Notes under the pieces: model-generated
Seen by the model: the letters and a program-made list of their open reading frames with translations, nothing else
What the model was told of the DNA's origin: nothing
The model's database searches: none
Assembly (NCBI RefSeq): GCF_006345805.1
Contig: NC_043016.1
Location: 24,490,001-24,554,000, forward strand
Length of the DNA: 64,000 nt
Direction of reading: 5' to 3'
Source: Octopus sinensis
Taxonomy: Eukaryota
In this document: positions 1 to 14,859 of the stretch, in pieces
How positions within the stretch are numbered: position 1 is the stretch's first letter
Layout: each line of letters starts with the position of its first letter
Translations under genes and position numbers: made by a program

Positions 1-740
1 TATATATATATAATATATGTATATATATATGTGTATATATATATATATTATATATATATATATACATATACGTATATATTGTACATGTGTGTATAATATG
101 TATGTATACTGACACATATTAGTTGAATTTTACAGAATTAATCCTATAACAATTCTAAAAGAATTATTCCAGAAACTGAGCCACAGTTAATCATCCTGGA
201 ATATTTTAAACTTTTCTTGGGGCACACAGGACGAGGAAGAATAAAGACAGATAAAAATTCTTTTAGTTCACATTGTTTTTAATTTGGTATGACACCCTTT
301 TGACCTTGACGTGCAGATATTACCAGATCAGCACTTTCTCACCTTAAGTTTTAACAATAGACTGTTGCTTGACACTTAGATACATACATACACACACATA
401 TGCAATCACACACACACACTCACTCACATACCACACATACATATAGATAAATATATACATACATATTACAATGCTTCAAGTGGACTACATCGGTCTGTTA
501 TATGTATGTATGTATGTATGCAACAGAGCATTGTAGTTTGCTTAAAGTATTGTGATATTAAAGGTAAAAAGTGAGAAAGTAGAATGCACCTGACAAAGTG
601 CAGAGTTTCATAAAACCTTTTGTATTCCTTTTATATTTAAGAAAACCTTTTATATATATCCATAGGATATCAACTGGTAAAATATATTTGTCTCATACTT
701 CCTGACTTTCTTTTTATACTAAATACATACACGTATACAC

Positions 741-812
<72 letters not shown>

Positions 813-2171
813 TCAATATATATATAATTATCAAGTACTCACCCCGAATTTCTATACTCAATATATATATATACATATATATATACTCACATATATATAT
901 ACACACTCACGTACACACACTTGTACACACACACACATGCACGCATACACACACACACACACACACACATATAATTTAACATGTAGGGTGTGGTTTGATG
1001 AAGATTTGGCTGCTATTTTTATAACATCTTGAAAACATGTTTGATTATAAGTCTACCATCTGGGAAACAACAAAAAAACAGTCAGAAGCTGTGAACATCA
1101 AACAATAGCGTACATGATAACACATCGAAACACACTTATATGATATTGTGTATATATTTTGTGTGTGTGTCTGTGTTTGATTACAATAACTAACTAAATA
1201 CACATATGTGTATATTCTTTTATTCTTTTATTTGTTTCAGTCATTTAACTGTGGCCATGCTGGAAGTAATTCTGTCAAACAATTTCCTCCCCGGACTTAT
1301 TTTTGAAGTCCTTGTACTTATTCTATCAGTTCCTTTGCCGAACTGCTAAGTTACGAGAACGTAAACATACCTACACTAGCTGTCAAATAATGATGGTGGG
1401 GGAGCACAAACAAAGACACAAATACATACACAAACACATAACCATATATCTTATACATAAATGGCAATTTCTGTCTGTCAATCTGTCTGTTACTATCTTG
1501 CTGCCCACACCAGTGAACCAATCTTGACGAAACTTTACATACATGTTAAACTAACTTCTAGTTCAATTATAGGCTAACTGGATTTCAATAAAAACCTATA
1601 ATGGAGCAGGGATATTATTTTGATAAAATGAGAAGGGTGAAAGAGTGCTAGTGTGAGGGAAATATGGTAGCATAGTAAGTGTGGTTAATATCAGGGCAGG
1701 GGAAAGCAGCATTGTGTAAGCGACAAGTATGGAGTGGCAGTGAGATGATAACATTAATACAGATGTCATTCAGGGATATACACACAACACTGCATATATA
1801 CTTTCGTAAATACATAGAAACCTGCATGCACACACACAATGCACTAACACACACATATACACATGCACATAAGTAACTTTTAAAATACCGAGGAAGGCAA
1901 AGAAAGGTGGGTGTGAGGAATACGTAGTTTTAAGGAGAGAGGGACTAAGTTGACAACAGTTGTCTACAGGTGACTTTTTTGCTGTCCATCTCAAAGAAGC
2001 ACTCACACACAGACACATACATATACATATACATACGTACATAAATACATACATACATGCATACATACTATACACAATTTTAAACTCATCATTACCTGTG
2101 TATGTGTTTGTAAATGTTTGTGTGTGTGTTTGTAAATGTTTGTGTGTGTGTTTGTGTATGTGTTTGCATGC

Positions 2172-2209
<38 letters not shown>

Positions 2210-2621
2210 CGTTCTATAACTGTCTGTACTTTTGTAGAGTCTTCCCTGTTGCTGTCACATATTGTGAAATTTCAAAATTGCATCAAAATTTTCAAATTTG
2301 ATATACTGAAATGATTTTCCATGTTAAATCCAATTTTGTTCATTATTTGTTCCAGAAAAATTGCAAAGAAATGTTACTGAGGTTTAAAGTTTAATCAATT
2401 TTATCTAATCAAAAAACAGGATTTGGAAGCTGGCATTTTCTGCGATAGCTATCACAAAATGAAAGCAAATTCATTACGAGGAGGAATTTTTATTAAACAA
2501 ACAAAAGCAAAGCATTACGGTGACCAAAGTAGTAAGAACTTCTGAAGTTTTAGTAAGTTTTAATGAATAAATTATGTGAAACAGTTGAACATACACACAC
2601 ACACACACACACATATATATG

Positions 2622-2665
<44 letters not shown>

Positions 2666-3237
2666 CTAAAAGTAATTAAGTTTATGTTCAGTCATAGAGT
2701 GACATATACATGTATATGTATGATGGGCTTCTTTCAGTTTCTGTCAATCAAATCCTTTCACAAGACTTTGGTCAACCCAAGGCTATAGTAAAAGACACTT
2801 GTCCAAGGTGCCACGCAGTGAGACTGAACTTGGAATAATGTGGTTGGGAAGCAAGCTTCTTACCACAGAGTTACACCTGTGCCAGTATGTACTTGTTATA
2901 TTTTTCTATAAATCAAAGTCCCCTCTCCACTGGAGATAAGGTTGGACAACTGTCATGCTGATGACAGTTATTGAGCCAGAAACAAGTGTTCACTCTGCAA
3001 CTGTCCTCTTGTCTCCGAACAATAAACCTGTCCTTTTCTTTAATGACCTCTCATATTTGGAGAATTCTTGATTCTTGAGATTATCTCCCCTTCTCATATG
3101 GAGCAGATCTTAATTGCTATTTGGTGATTGTGATACATCCCTTAGCATTAGATGTAGTTTTTAAAAATCGAGAATATTCAAATACACGGCACTAGCCACT
3201 TGGCATTATTTCTCTTAGTTCATTTTTGTTTAAATCA

Positions 3238-3640
3238 GGTGTGGCTGAGTGGTAAGAAGTTTGTTTCCCAACCACATGGTTCAAGGTTCAGTCCCGCTGT
3301 CTGGTACCTTGGGCAAGTGTTTTCTACTACAGATTTAGGCTAACAAAAGCCTTGTGAGCAGATTTGCTGGACAGAAACTGAAAGGAACCCATCGTGTGTG
3401 TGTGTGTGTGTTTGTGTGCATGCACGCACATGCCTTTTTGTCTGTGTTTGTCCGCTACTATCACTTGACAACCATTGTTGGTTTGTTTGCATCCTTGTAA
3501 CTTAGCAGTTTGACAAAAAAACTCGATAGAATAAGTACCAGGCTTTGAAATAAGTACTGGAGTTGATCTCAACTAAAATTCTCCAAGATGGTGCTCCAGC
3601 ATGGCTACAGTCTAATGACTGAAACTAGTAAAAGATAAAA
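3238..3640 (+). mobile_element. tRNA-derived octopus-type SINE, full length, diverged
   Basis: Head caggtgtggctgagtggtaagaag...ggttcagtccc (A/B-box like), central (GT)n, tail ggtgctccagcatggctacagtctaatgactgaaac + (aaaaga)n. Confidence 0.8.
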
Positions 3641-4096
3641 GATATAAACATACATACAAGGACAAAACAGATGAAGAGAAGCAGATATGGAAATGCAGAC
3701 ACAGACACATTAACATGTAATATGTGTACAAGTGTGAGTTCAGTTTTTCTTTGTGAGTTTTGCTTCTCTTCTGTGAATTATTAGTATCAGTTAGTGATTG
3801 AGAAAACAGATCAATTATTGCAGTACACTGCCCTTGAATGTGATTATGAATCTGTATGCATCTGTGTCTTTGTTTAAGCATGTGTGTGTGTGTGTGTGCG
3901 CACGCACAAGTGTATGTATATGAGATGTATGCACAGGTAAATATACATAAACACTTGAAAGGTTAGTTTCATCAATTAGTTGAGATGTGCTATCATTAAA
4001 GATGCTGTTAAAGGCAAAAATTACATATATTTACTTCTGTACATATACTTTACAAATGGAAGGTGGCCTGGATGGAAAAATAATTATTTCAATATA

Positions 4097-4152
<56 letters not shown>

Positions 4153-4376
4153 GGGTATGGGTAAGTATTTCATTATGTCTTATGTATTTATCGCTGACGA
4201 GGGGAAAATTCTTATGAATTAACTCTGAAATTGGGACCGATACGATAATGACGGAATTTTTTAGAAATTTCTGTCACCTTACTTTGAGACGCATGTTTAT
4301 AGTGATAAATTATGTGGTTATTGACAATTGTCTATTTTTGGCATATTTGGCATTAGAATTTTTTTCTTTTGCCCTT

Positions 4377-4435
<59 letters not shown>

Positions 4436-4944
4436 CACAGGCATGGCTGTATGGTTCAGAAGTTTGCTTTGCAACTATGGTTCTAGGTTCAGTCCCACAA
4501 GAAAACACCTTCCACAAGTGTCTTTAATTGGCCCCAGCCAATAAAGGCCTTCTGGGTGAATTTGGTAGATGGAAATTGTGTGTGCATGTGTGTGTGTGCG
4601 CACGCGTATGCATGTGTGCGAGTGAGTGTGCATGTGTGTGTACATGCATGTGTGTGTTTGTCTCCTACCACTACTTGACAGCCAGTGTTTGTTTGTTTAC
4701 ATCCTTCTAATTTGATATTTAGGCAAAAAGAGACTAATAACCAATAACTGGTGAGGTATTGAGCATTTCCACATTTATTGTGTTTTCCATGCATTCCTTT
4801 GTTGTCTTGTGCCACATTTTATAATGCATGCATACATATATATGTATGCCTGTATATGTATGTATGTGCATTGTTCATGTGTGTGCGCGTGTGTGTGTGT
4901 GTGTGCGCGCAGACAATTCATCAACAGACAATTCACCAACAGAC

Positions 4945-5075
4945 AATTCCTACAGGGCCTCAGACTAAACACAGAGGCCTACATCAAGTGCCTGGAGGAG
5001 ATAGTGCTGCCCTGGGTCAAGAGGGTGGCTACTGGAACACTCTCTGTCTGGCAACAGGACTCTCCACTATACCAT
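4945..5075 (+). mobile_element. Tc1/mariner (maT-like) transposase fragment
   Basis: Encodes QGLRLNTEAYIKCLEEIVLPWVKRVATGTLSVWQQDSP, nearly the same as the 46.6-47.1 kb fragment. Confidence 0.75.
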
Positions 5076-5673
5076 GTCTGTAAGTTGTATGTCGACAATG
5101 GACTAAGGTATCTGGTGATATGAAGTTTGAAGGAAGACCTGCCTACCTCAGTAAAACTGATTTCTGAAAGTTCTGTGTATTATGTGCTCACCACTCACAC
5201 ATTGCATTAATTCACTCTCACCCTCAAGACCAGTTGAAAGGTCTGTTTCTTGCAAGCTATTTGGTGACCTCCCTGGTACATAAAAAAGCAGCCAAAACAA
5301 TCTATAAAGTGTTTGGCTTTATGAAGGGCATCTAGCTGTAGAAACCATGCCAAAGCAGACAGTAGAGCTAGGTGCAGTCCTCTGGCTTGCCAACTCCTAT
5401 CAGACCATCAGACCCATTCCAGCATGGAAAACAGACATTAAACAATGACGATGATGATAATGATGATGATGGAGGTGGTGGTGATGATGATGACAATGAT
5501 ATATTCACTCGTGAATCTCATTATAAACAACATGGACCCATTTTCTTCTTAAGAAAAAATATATTTTCATATAAATTAAACATTGTATCATGAATAGCGA
5601 TTGCAAAACTGGTCGATACATTAAAAATTATACTATAACCATGTAAGGGTGCATATTTTCCGTTTTTATTTTT

Positions 5674-5718
<45 letters not shown>

Positions 5719-6229
5719 TTGTATGTATACACCAAAACACACACTCATACATGTATGTGTGTGTGCATGCATCTTCCCAAAACACCTTCCACAAAAATCT
5801 CGAAACATTTGCAGAGATGAAGGCAGTTAATAAAGTTTGCAAATGTGTTTCATTCCTGTTTAGACCAAATTAAGTCAATATAATACTAAATCTTGCTCAG
5901 ATCAGAGTGAGTGTTTTCCCTGAAAAGTCATTTCAAAGTATGTAAAGCTGATTATATAGTCTGCTTATAAAAACAGGATTTCTTTCTTTCCTTTTTTATA
6001 TATATATATATATTTTTTTTTATAGATTCTTATCTTTAAATAAATTGTCTTGTCTTCAGTAAAACTTGTAGGGTCTCAAATGCAAAAAGAAAAAGAAAAA
6101 AAAGAAACAAACAAACAAGAAAAATTGATATGTAAATACAAACATACAGAAAACTGTTAGTGTGAAGCAGTACAGGTGACTGGAGTTATCTTTCAACAGT
6201 GACGTCAATATAAATAGAAACTATATAGA

Positions 6230-6894
6230 GTATATCATCATCATCCACATCATCATCATCATCATCACCATTCACCATCATCGTCATCATCATCGTTGTC
6301 ATCATCATTGTCATCACCGCCACCATCATCTTCATCATCTTCATCATCATCATCACTATGACTATCATCGTCATCATCATTGTCATCACTGCCACCACCA
6401 TTGATGTCATCACAATCACCACCACCACCACCACCATTGTCATCATCGTTGTCTTCATTGTCGTCATCATCATCATCATCATCCTCATCATCACTGCCAT
6501 CATCACCACCACTATTACCACCACCACCATGACCAGCACAACCACCACCATCACTGTCTTCCTCTTCCCCTTCTTCCTCCATCTCATTACCCTCATCATC
6601 ATCATTATCATCACTACCACCACCATCACCACCACCACCAACCCTACCCTCTATCCTTGACCCTCACCACTATCAGTTTAAAGTTCTAATTCATGCTGAA
6701 CTGAATTTGATTTCTTTGCAAATAAAGCATTTTTCAGTTACATTGCCTACAATAGGCAGAGCAATGCTTCAGAATTGCTAGATCATCAGATGCAATTTCC
6801 CTGCAAGATGGTGATGATGACAACAATTATGATATGATAATGGCAATGATGATGATGATGACAACAATAATTATGATGACAAGGATAACAATTG

Positions 6895-6939
<45 letters not shown>

Positions 6940-7005
6940 GCAATGGCTTTGATTATTGTGATTATAGCAATGACAATGATGATAATACTGCTGCTGCTGC
7001 TTCTG

Positions 7006-7039
<34 letters not shown>

Positions 7040-7080
7040 CGATGACAATAATGATAACAATTACAATGATGGGGAGGGGA
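6230..7080. repeat. (CAT/CAC)n and (GAT)n degenerate trinucleotide tracts
   Basis: Two low-complexity blocks (about 6230-6650 and 6800-7080) that generate the poly-M/D/I/H ORFs. Confidence 0.9.
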
Positions 7081-7090
7081 TTTGTGGTTT

Positions 7091-7121
<31 letters not shown>

Positions 7122-7739
7122 CATGTGTGTGGTGTGGTGTGGTGTGGCGTGGTGACAGTGGTGGTGACAATGATATCAGGTAGTAAACTATAACAATGCT
7201 CTTTCATTTTAACAGGAATAAAAACGGTATAATACTGTTGATATTGATATACCTTGACTGGTTTCTGCTACAGGACTGTGACCAAGCTGGAACACCATCC
7301 TCAAGGGCTTTAGCCGATTATATCAACCCTAGTCTTCATTTCAGTCCAATACTTATTTCATCAAGACGTATTTGTCAAACTGCAAGGTAACACATTGTAA
7401 AGGGTTGCAACAAAACCATCATTGGTTGTTATTAACTAGCATGCAGTCTTACACACATGTATATTTACAAACACATGCACATGTATGCATACACACAGAA
7501 ACTCATACAGAATGCTTGTTTCTCAACCATATGGTTTTAGATTCAGTTCCACAGCACCGCACCTTCACCAAGCGTCTCTTACAATAGCCCAGGTTGACCA
7601 AAGCCTTGCGAGCGGATTTGATGGATGGAAACTGAATGAAGCCACATGAAAGGCACTCAGTCCACTCTGCTGGGTGTTGGTGTTAGCAAAGGCATCTAGC
7701 TATAAAAACCATGCCAAAGCAGACACAGAAGTCAGGTGT

Positions 7740-7780
<41 letters not shown>

Positions 7781-8407
7781 ATGTGTGTATGGGTTTTCGT
7801 TCCCCACTACCACTTAACAACCAGTGCTATTTGCTTACATCCCCATAACTTAGCAGTTTGGCAAAAGAGATAGAATAAGTAGAAGGCTTAGAATAAAAAG
7901 ATAAGTACTGGAGTTGATTTGTTCAACTAAACCCTTCAAGGCAATGCCACAGTCTAATGACTAAAACAAGTAAAAGATATATTGTCCAATGTGTATCACT
8001 TTTGATAAGACAATATAGAGCAATTTGAGGAATATTTAACTAAAATTCCTTGCAAATTAGGCAACTGCATAGAGGTTCCTTTATTACTTTGTATATTTAC
8101 ATCTTCAAAACATCACTGTTCTAGCTGTCTCACACTTCACTGCATTATATTTCTACTTGGTTTTAATCAGTTAAAACTTCAAGATTGTCTCCCCTAGAAT
8201 TCTTTATCAGAATTAGTCATTTAGATAATGATTAGTTCTCATCACTAAAAATGTAATTTTAATTAACACAAATTTCTTGGCTTGTTGCATCACATATACT
8301 CATGCCCACTTTACTAAAACATTTATAACTTTCATTCCAAAGCTATTTGTTTAAGACGTAAATATATATGTGTGTGTATGTGTATAAATGAGTATATATG
8401 TATATGC

Positions 8408-8438
<31 letters not shown>

Positions 8439-9952
8439 TGTATGTAGGTATGTATATATGTATGTAAGTGTGTACATATATGTATGTATGTATGTATGTA
8501 TGTGTGTGTGTGTGTATGTATGTATGTATGCGTGTACATATATGTATGTATGTTTGTTTGTATGTATGTATGTATGCATGAATGCACGTATTCATGTATG
8601 TATATATTATCCTGTTGTTGTAGAATGAAATTCAGGGGGTATATCCCAAGTTTACTGTAAAATGCCAAAGGTAATTGAAAAACTGGTTTCGTAATCAATA
8701 TTCCTTATCAGTTCGTTAACGCACTTAATTAATCTTGCCATTCAGTTGATTAAATAACAGCTTATAATTACATAAGTGTGTTGTTTAGTTCACACAAAGT
8801 TAAACTAATTTTTATGTTGGCAAGACCATGATGAATCCTCCATGTGGTTGCTTGAATTACTAGAAATAGCAAACAAATGACCCTTAAATCACAATCTGTA
8901 TTTCTAAAGAAAAGACATATTAGATAATGCAGTCCTTGATACACCTAAATAGATAGGAAAATTATGGCTGGAATGCTCGTTTTTTTTTTTGTTTTTTTTT
9001 AATGGGTTTGTCAGATTGAAGGACAATTCCAATTACTATTTATTTTCAGGGCCTTTTTGTCCCTCTGGTGGGAGGAAGTTATCCTCCAACCAGAGACATG
9101 AGGTGAATTCTTACAAAATCCCTTTTGAAGTAAACCCTTACGCCTTTAAACAGAAGACGGCAGAGGACAACAACGATGACAATGATGATGAGGAGGAGTG
9201 TTATGGTCCTGGTTGAATTGTCTTTGATCATAGGTCTACTCAATCAGAATTGACTTTGTAATAAACAACAGCAGCAACAACAACAAGCTCCAACTTGATT
9301 CACCCACTTTAGTATAAAAAACAGTCAAGTCAACCATCTTAGAAAGGAGTGGATTGCCAAAGGTTTGGCCAATGGTAGTCAAACCAGGCAATGAACTAGG
9401 TCTATTACCCAAGACCAGAAACAGCTCTTCTTGCAGGCTTCTTCTTAGTTTCCTTCTTACAAATTTCGCTCATATAACTTTGTTCAACCAAGTACCAGGG
9501 TTAAAAAAAAACATTATCTGAAGTGACATACGGTGGATCTGAACCTAAAACTTCAAGCTTCTTAGCCACATAACCATGCCTGATCCTTGTTCTCCTTCAT
9601 GAAGCTTCATCTTGGTCAAAATTTATCAAACAGCAGTGAAAATAACAGCAACATCGATTTTTATATTGGTAGTGAAAGTACATGAAGAAATGTGGACTAA
9701 TATTTAGTTTGTTGCATTTATGATTACAAGATTGGTGTTTTGATTCCTGAACTGTGAGGTGTGGTGTGTTCTTGCGCAAAACACTTCATTTCACGTTGCT
9801 CCAGTCCACGCAGCTGGCAAATATGGGTAATCCTGCAATGGACTGGTGTCCCATCCAGGGGGAAGTGTTGTGATCTCAGTCATTTATATGTGCCATGGAA
9901 ACTGGGTTACCAGCCCTGAGTCCTAGGACTCAGGACACTAATGTCAAGGGGT

Positions 9953-9989
<37 letters not shown>

Positions 9990-11355
9990 GATGATGATAA
10001 TAATGACAATGCTGACAACACCAATGATGATGATAACAACAACAATGATGATATAAACAACAATGACAATGATGATGATGATGACAATGACAACAACAAT
10101 AACGATTATGATGGTGATGTTTGTTGAACAGATTCTCTATAATACCATTGTACTTATTTTATTCCCACAACGGAAAAGGAAAGATGGTGATTACCTTGAT
10201 GTGATTTTCATCATTACTGAAAGGGTCAAAAAGTAAATTCTGCTTTAATTCTATTAGTCTTGTATTCAGTTTCAGATATTCTTCAAGTTTTATTATACAC
10301 TTTTCATTAGTGTTCATCCAATACACCATCTCCTCTGTGTTTCATTTCCAGGTATCTTATTTAACACTTACTTGTCAAAGTTGCAAGCCTTCTGGAATTC
10401 TCTTTCTACCCATATTGTTCAAGTTTAACTTATATTAATCCACCCCAATCATAACCACCACTGCTTCCTATTGATTTTATGCTGTACTCTCATGATAATA
10501 ATATTTATTGCAATTTTGTTGTTTTTGCATTCAACAACTTGTCAGGAAATTAAAAGTTATTCTGAGATATAACAACAAGAATGAATTATAAATAATTGTT
10601 CCTATTATTAGAAAAAACAGACCTCTTCCAATCTTGTTGGTAAAATAAAGCAATACTAATTAGACAGTGTGTGGTTTCTGTGAATACAAATTTGAGAAAT
10701 TTCTTTGGAATTTACAAGATTAGTTCACATTAAATTTACATAAAGGAGTTTGTAAAAATGTACACACATTAGTCAAATAATTTGTTTTAGAAAAAGTGCT
10801 ATAGAAAATGAACATTTTATATTTTACAAAGTCAATTGGATGTGTGTAGAAAATGTTCATGGCAATAGAATAATTTCTATTGTAGAATAATTTTTTTTTG
10901 CTAAAAGGCCATCAATAAATAGAGAAAAAAAATCAGATATATGTACATATATTAATCTTGTAGAAATCAATCTATCTAGGCTTGACCAAAGTTAACAAGA
11001 GCCAAAACAAATAGCAGCTATACTTCTGTTTAGATAACCATAAGTTAACTCAACAGACTACTAACTGCTGATTGGTTTCAAAAAATCACATGACAACGAT
11101 GAAGCAAATATATTAACCATAGAAAGAATCATTATAGTACTGACAGAAATCTAGAGAATGGTGCCATCCTGGCAGACAGGTTTTGTAGAAGTGAATGGTC
11201 TTGCATAAAATTCAGATGAGTTAAAATGAGCTATGTATGATGGACATAATCTCTCATATTTGTGTGTGTGTGTGTGTAATATATAATATATATATATACA
11301 TATATAATCTACATATATATATATAATATAAAATTATATATATATATGTATATTA

Positions 11356-11455
11356 NNNNNNNNNNNNNNNNNNNNNNNNNNNNNNNNNNNNNNNNNNNNN
11401 NNNNNNNNNNNNNNNNNNNNNNNNNNNNNNNNNNNNNNNNNNNNNNNNNNNNNNN
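11356..11455. other. Assembly gap (100 N)
   Basis: Run of exactly 100 N, a typical scaffolding placeholder; true distance unknown. Confidence 0.99.
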
Positions 11456-11560
11456 TTCACCAGTTTAAACAAAGAGACCATCCAGAAGAGTTGCAGAAGA
11501 TTCTGAAGTCATCTGGAGGCTGTTGTTGAAGCCAATGGTGATTTTATTGAATAAATTTTA
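11456..11560 (+). mobile_element. maT/mariner transposase C-terminal fragment
   Basis: FTSLNKETIQKSCRRF*SHLEAVVEANGDFIE*, matching the C-terminus at 46580-46765. Confidence 0.7.
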
Positions 11561-11875
11561 CTGTTTAGTATTTCAAGATATTTTTTTGTAATTTTGGTAA
11601 ATATTTCTGTTAAAACGAGATGTCAGTGTTATTTTCATTTCTGTGTAATTTAGACGACAGTTTAATCACCACATTCTGTATGTGTGTTTGTGAGGGGTTG
11701 CGTATGTATGAATAAGTGTTGAGAGTAAGGCTAATCGCCCAATTACTGGATTATCCCATCAAGCATGTAATTGGTCAGAATGGTCAGGCATCTACTGCAT
11801 ATTCTGGCTTCATTCACTGATGGATCAACAATAATGGAATGGAATAGACAAATGCATATCTATTTACATCTATAC

Positions 11876-11963
<88 letters not shown>

Positions 11964-12085
11964 ATATATATATATATATATATCTGTCTGTCTGTCTGTC
12001 TGTTTGTATGTCTGCCTGTTTGTTGGTCTGTCTGTCAGTCAATCTATCTATCAACATAAACATAGAAAAAATTAATATATGTATG

Positions 12086-12119
<34 letters not shown>

Positions 12120-12211
12120 TGTATGTATGTATGTATGTAGTATGTATGTATGTATGTATGGTATGTGTGTATGTATGTATGTATGTGTGTGTGTGTATGT
12201 ATGTATGTATG

Positions 12212-12242
<31 letters not shown>

Positions 12243-12469
12243 CATTTTAAAAGAATTTCATGTTATGTATAGCGATTTGATGTTGGAGATTACTCAATAC
12301 TTTTTGCAGAATATGCATTTATTAACCCTTACAATGACTTTTAACAAGGTAAAGGCTGACAGTAATTTCAGGCACGTACATATATATAGGCATATATACA
12401 TATATGTATGTATTATATGTGTATGTTTATATATATATATACATATATATGTTTGCAGTCTGCAAAGCA

Positions 12470-13952
12470 GATGGTGGGAACCACCCAGGACGTCTTCTAC
12501 AATAGCTTCATCATTAATAAAACGAACAAATACAAGGAGCTGTGATTTACCAGTGATGTCTGTACTCTCATCAAACTTGAAGTGCAAACAACTTAGTTTT
12601 TCTTTCAGTATTTTTGACTTAATATGCACTCAATGTCTCCTGACATGTCTTATTATGTGTCAGAAAGTGGAATTTTATTTAGCTCTGATACGGCATCTCT
12701 CCACCCCACAACATCATATCCCACTATTTCCTGGCGTGCAGGTAAAATTACAGTTTCAGCGATGGTATGAGATTTCATTTTTCATGCAACTATCTCCACC
12801 ACAGCATAACTTACTTCTTGTCCTTTGTCCCTCAACTTGAACTTTTTGGCAAATATAGAAACGTGCCTTTTATTAAATGCCAATTCTCTTTTAAAATATT
12901 GTTCATTTTTGCCTGACAACTCTGGATGTGTCATTTCAGTTTGAATGGTGCCATAGCACTATTAGCCAGCTTCTCCCCAGAAACAGTACACAAAGGTGAA
13001 GGGTAGTCTGGGTTTCCAGTTCAAGTAAATCCCAGAGCTATGTAGTTTTCACAATATTGACAAACTTTTAGTTGCAGGTTGATTCCATCAATTCTTGGTA
13101 ATTTCAACGAGGCAGCATCACTGGCAGTGGCTGCAGCTTCAACAGACTGCCTCAGACCCTGCCTCTCTTCATCTGTATCTAACTTACGTTTTTTCAGAAA
13201 TCTATCCATACTTATAAGGCTGTTAGCAGAATTGATATACATATAAAAAGCAAACCTAATAGTGCAGGACAAAAAAGATCTTTAAAGTGTAGCGAGTTTA
13301 ATGATGTAAAATTAGCTTTTTTTATTAATGTTTTTAGTAATAGGTATTTGATTATATTTAAACAATATGCATATAATAATAAAATAGATTTTCGATTTGA
13401 ATTTAAAATGTCATTATTTGTTCATTGTTCTAATTCAGAAATTTGTAAGGAATTAATATTTATGCATATTTACATATCTTATAATTAGTATCAGTTTCCC
13501 TATTTCTTATTTCTTTCTACATAAGTAATTCAACTCTCTTTCGAATTTTTAATCTTAACATTTGACCAAATATTAATAGACGTCATACAAGAATGAGATT
13601 TTACAAAAACGCCTTTTAAAAAGCTAAAGATCTTTTAAAAGGCGTATTAACAACAACACCTAAATGGCTTATGCAGTTAAATGTTTCTTCCAAATAGAGT
13701 CACTTGTATTTTACAAAAGAAAACTAAACCATCATCTAAGCTGGCATGCAACTCGTAGATGTGCACGTACATGTACACACCAAGGGTCAGGGTCATCTAC
13801 GCTGGCGTGCAAATCGTAGATGTACACGAAGGCCTAACATGTACATAGATATCTGCACAGAAGAATTAAAAATTACTGTCGAGTTTAGCATTTATGTAAC
13901 TTCTTGCGGAACCCCTGGACTATACTGGCGGAACCCTGGTTGAAAACCACTG
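12470..13952 (-). mobile_element. hAT (Charlie/Buster, ZBED5-like) DNA transposon, 5' part, degenerate
   Basis: Terminal CAGTGGTTTTCAACC (13938-13952, minus strand). ORF pieces MDRFLKKRKL...YIALGFT and KFDESTDITGKSQLLVFVRFINDEAIVED match the Buster-type DESTD...QLLVFVR catalytic motif. Stops and frameshifts; the 3' end is lost in a microsatellite. Confidence 0.85.
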
Positions 13953-14767
13953 CACTAAGGCATCAGGAAGAAAGACTTGTTATAGATTTTACTTGTCATT
14001 GTTTTATGGGGTCAGATTTATAGAAAATGTATAAAAATTTAAGCATACTAAACTAAGAATTATATCGTAACTTATTTAGCTAGTTTCAATAAAGACTGAT
14101 ACCTGGTATTAGCTAAAGGAATATTCATGTTATAGGACATTCTAATTTAATACTAATTTTAAAACTAAGAAGTATATTACAGCTTTTAGAAGTTATTATT
14201 TTTACTCCATACATGATATTTATAGTTTCTTAGGGGTACTTAATTAGAAGGGCTACTTATATAAAGGCCCTTATAAATACTAAAATCAGGAGCACTTTAA
14301 GAAAGGGATAAAACAAGTAATTATTAAAGACCATTTCAAATAATATTGCCATATAAAGTTAAAATTTAGGGTTGTCAAGAAGATTATTAAGAATGATATT
14401 ATAACAAAAAGATAAAATTTCTTTGAATGCTTTTGAGTATATACAAAATTTTACCACAGTAGAGGGAGGAAAAGAAATTACATAGAAATAGTTTAATATT
14501 TATACAAATTATTTATCTAAGTATTAAGTTATTAGATGATATCTATGGAGATTGATCAATTGGATTTTACTGATATTTAATAAAGGAGTACTGAAGCTAA
14601 GGTTAACTATATATTAATTTAATTAAATTAAATTATTCTATGTCTTTATGCAGTTGAGGAATGGTCTAATTTAAATTGATGCAATGTTTGCATTATTCAA
14701 TTAAATGGAGTTGCTTGAAACGATCGACTCGTACTGCATTAACTCTGGATATCCTTGTTGCTTATTT

Positions 14768-14831
<64 letters not shown>

Positions 14832-14859
14832 CACAACACCACCATATATACATAAACTT

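Noticed and set aside
7216-7385. Plus-strand exon-like segment with good acceptor and donor (ORF 7196-7390)
   Set aside because: Its reverse complement is the common SINE tail (aataagtattgg...gatggtgttccagcttggtcacagtc), so the splice-like signals are incidental.
8624-9102. Two small plus-strand exon candidates (8624-8670, 9050-9102)
   Set aside because: Splice signals are plausible, but joining them in phase gives a stop and the peptides are unrecognisable. They cannot be supported without transcript data.
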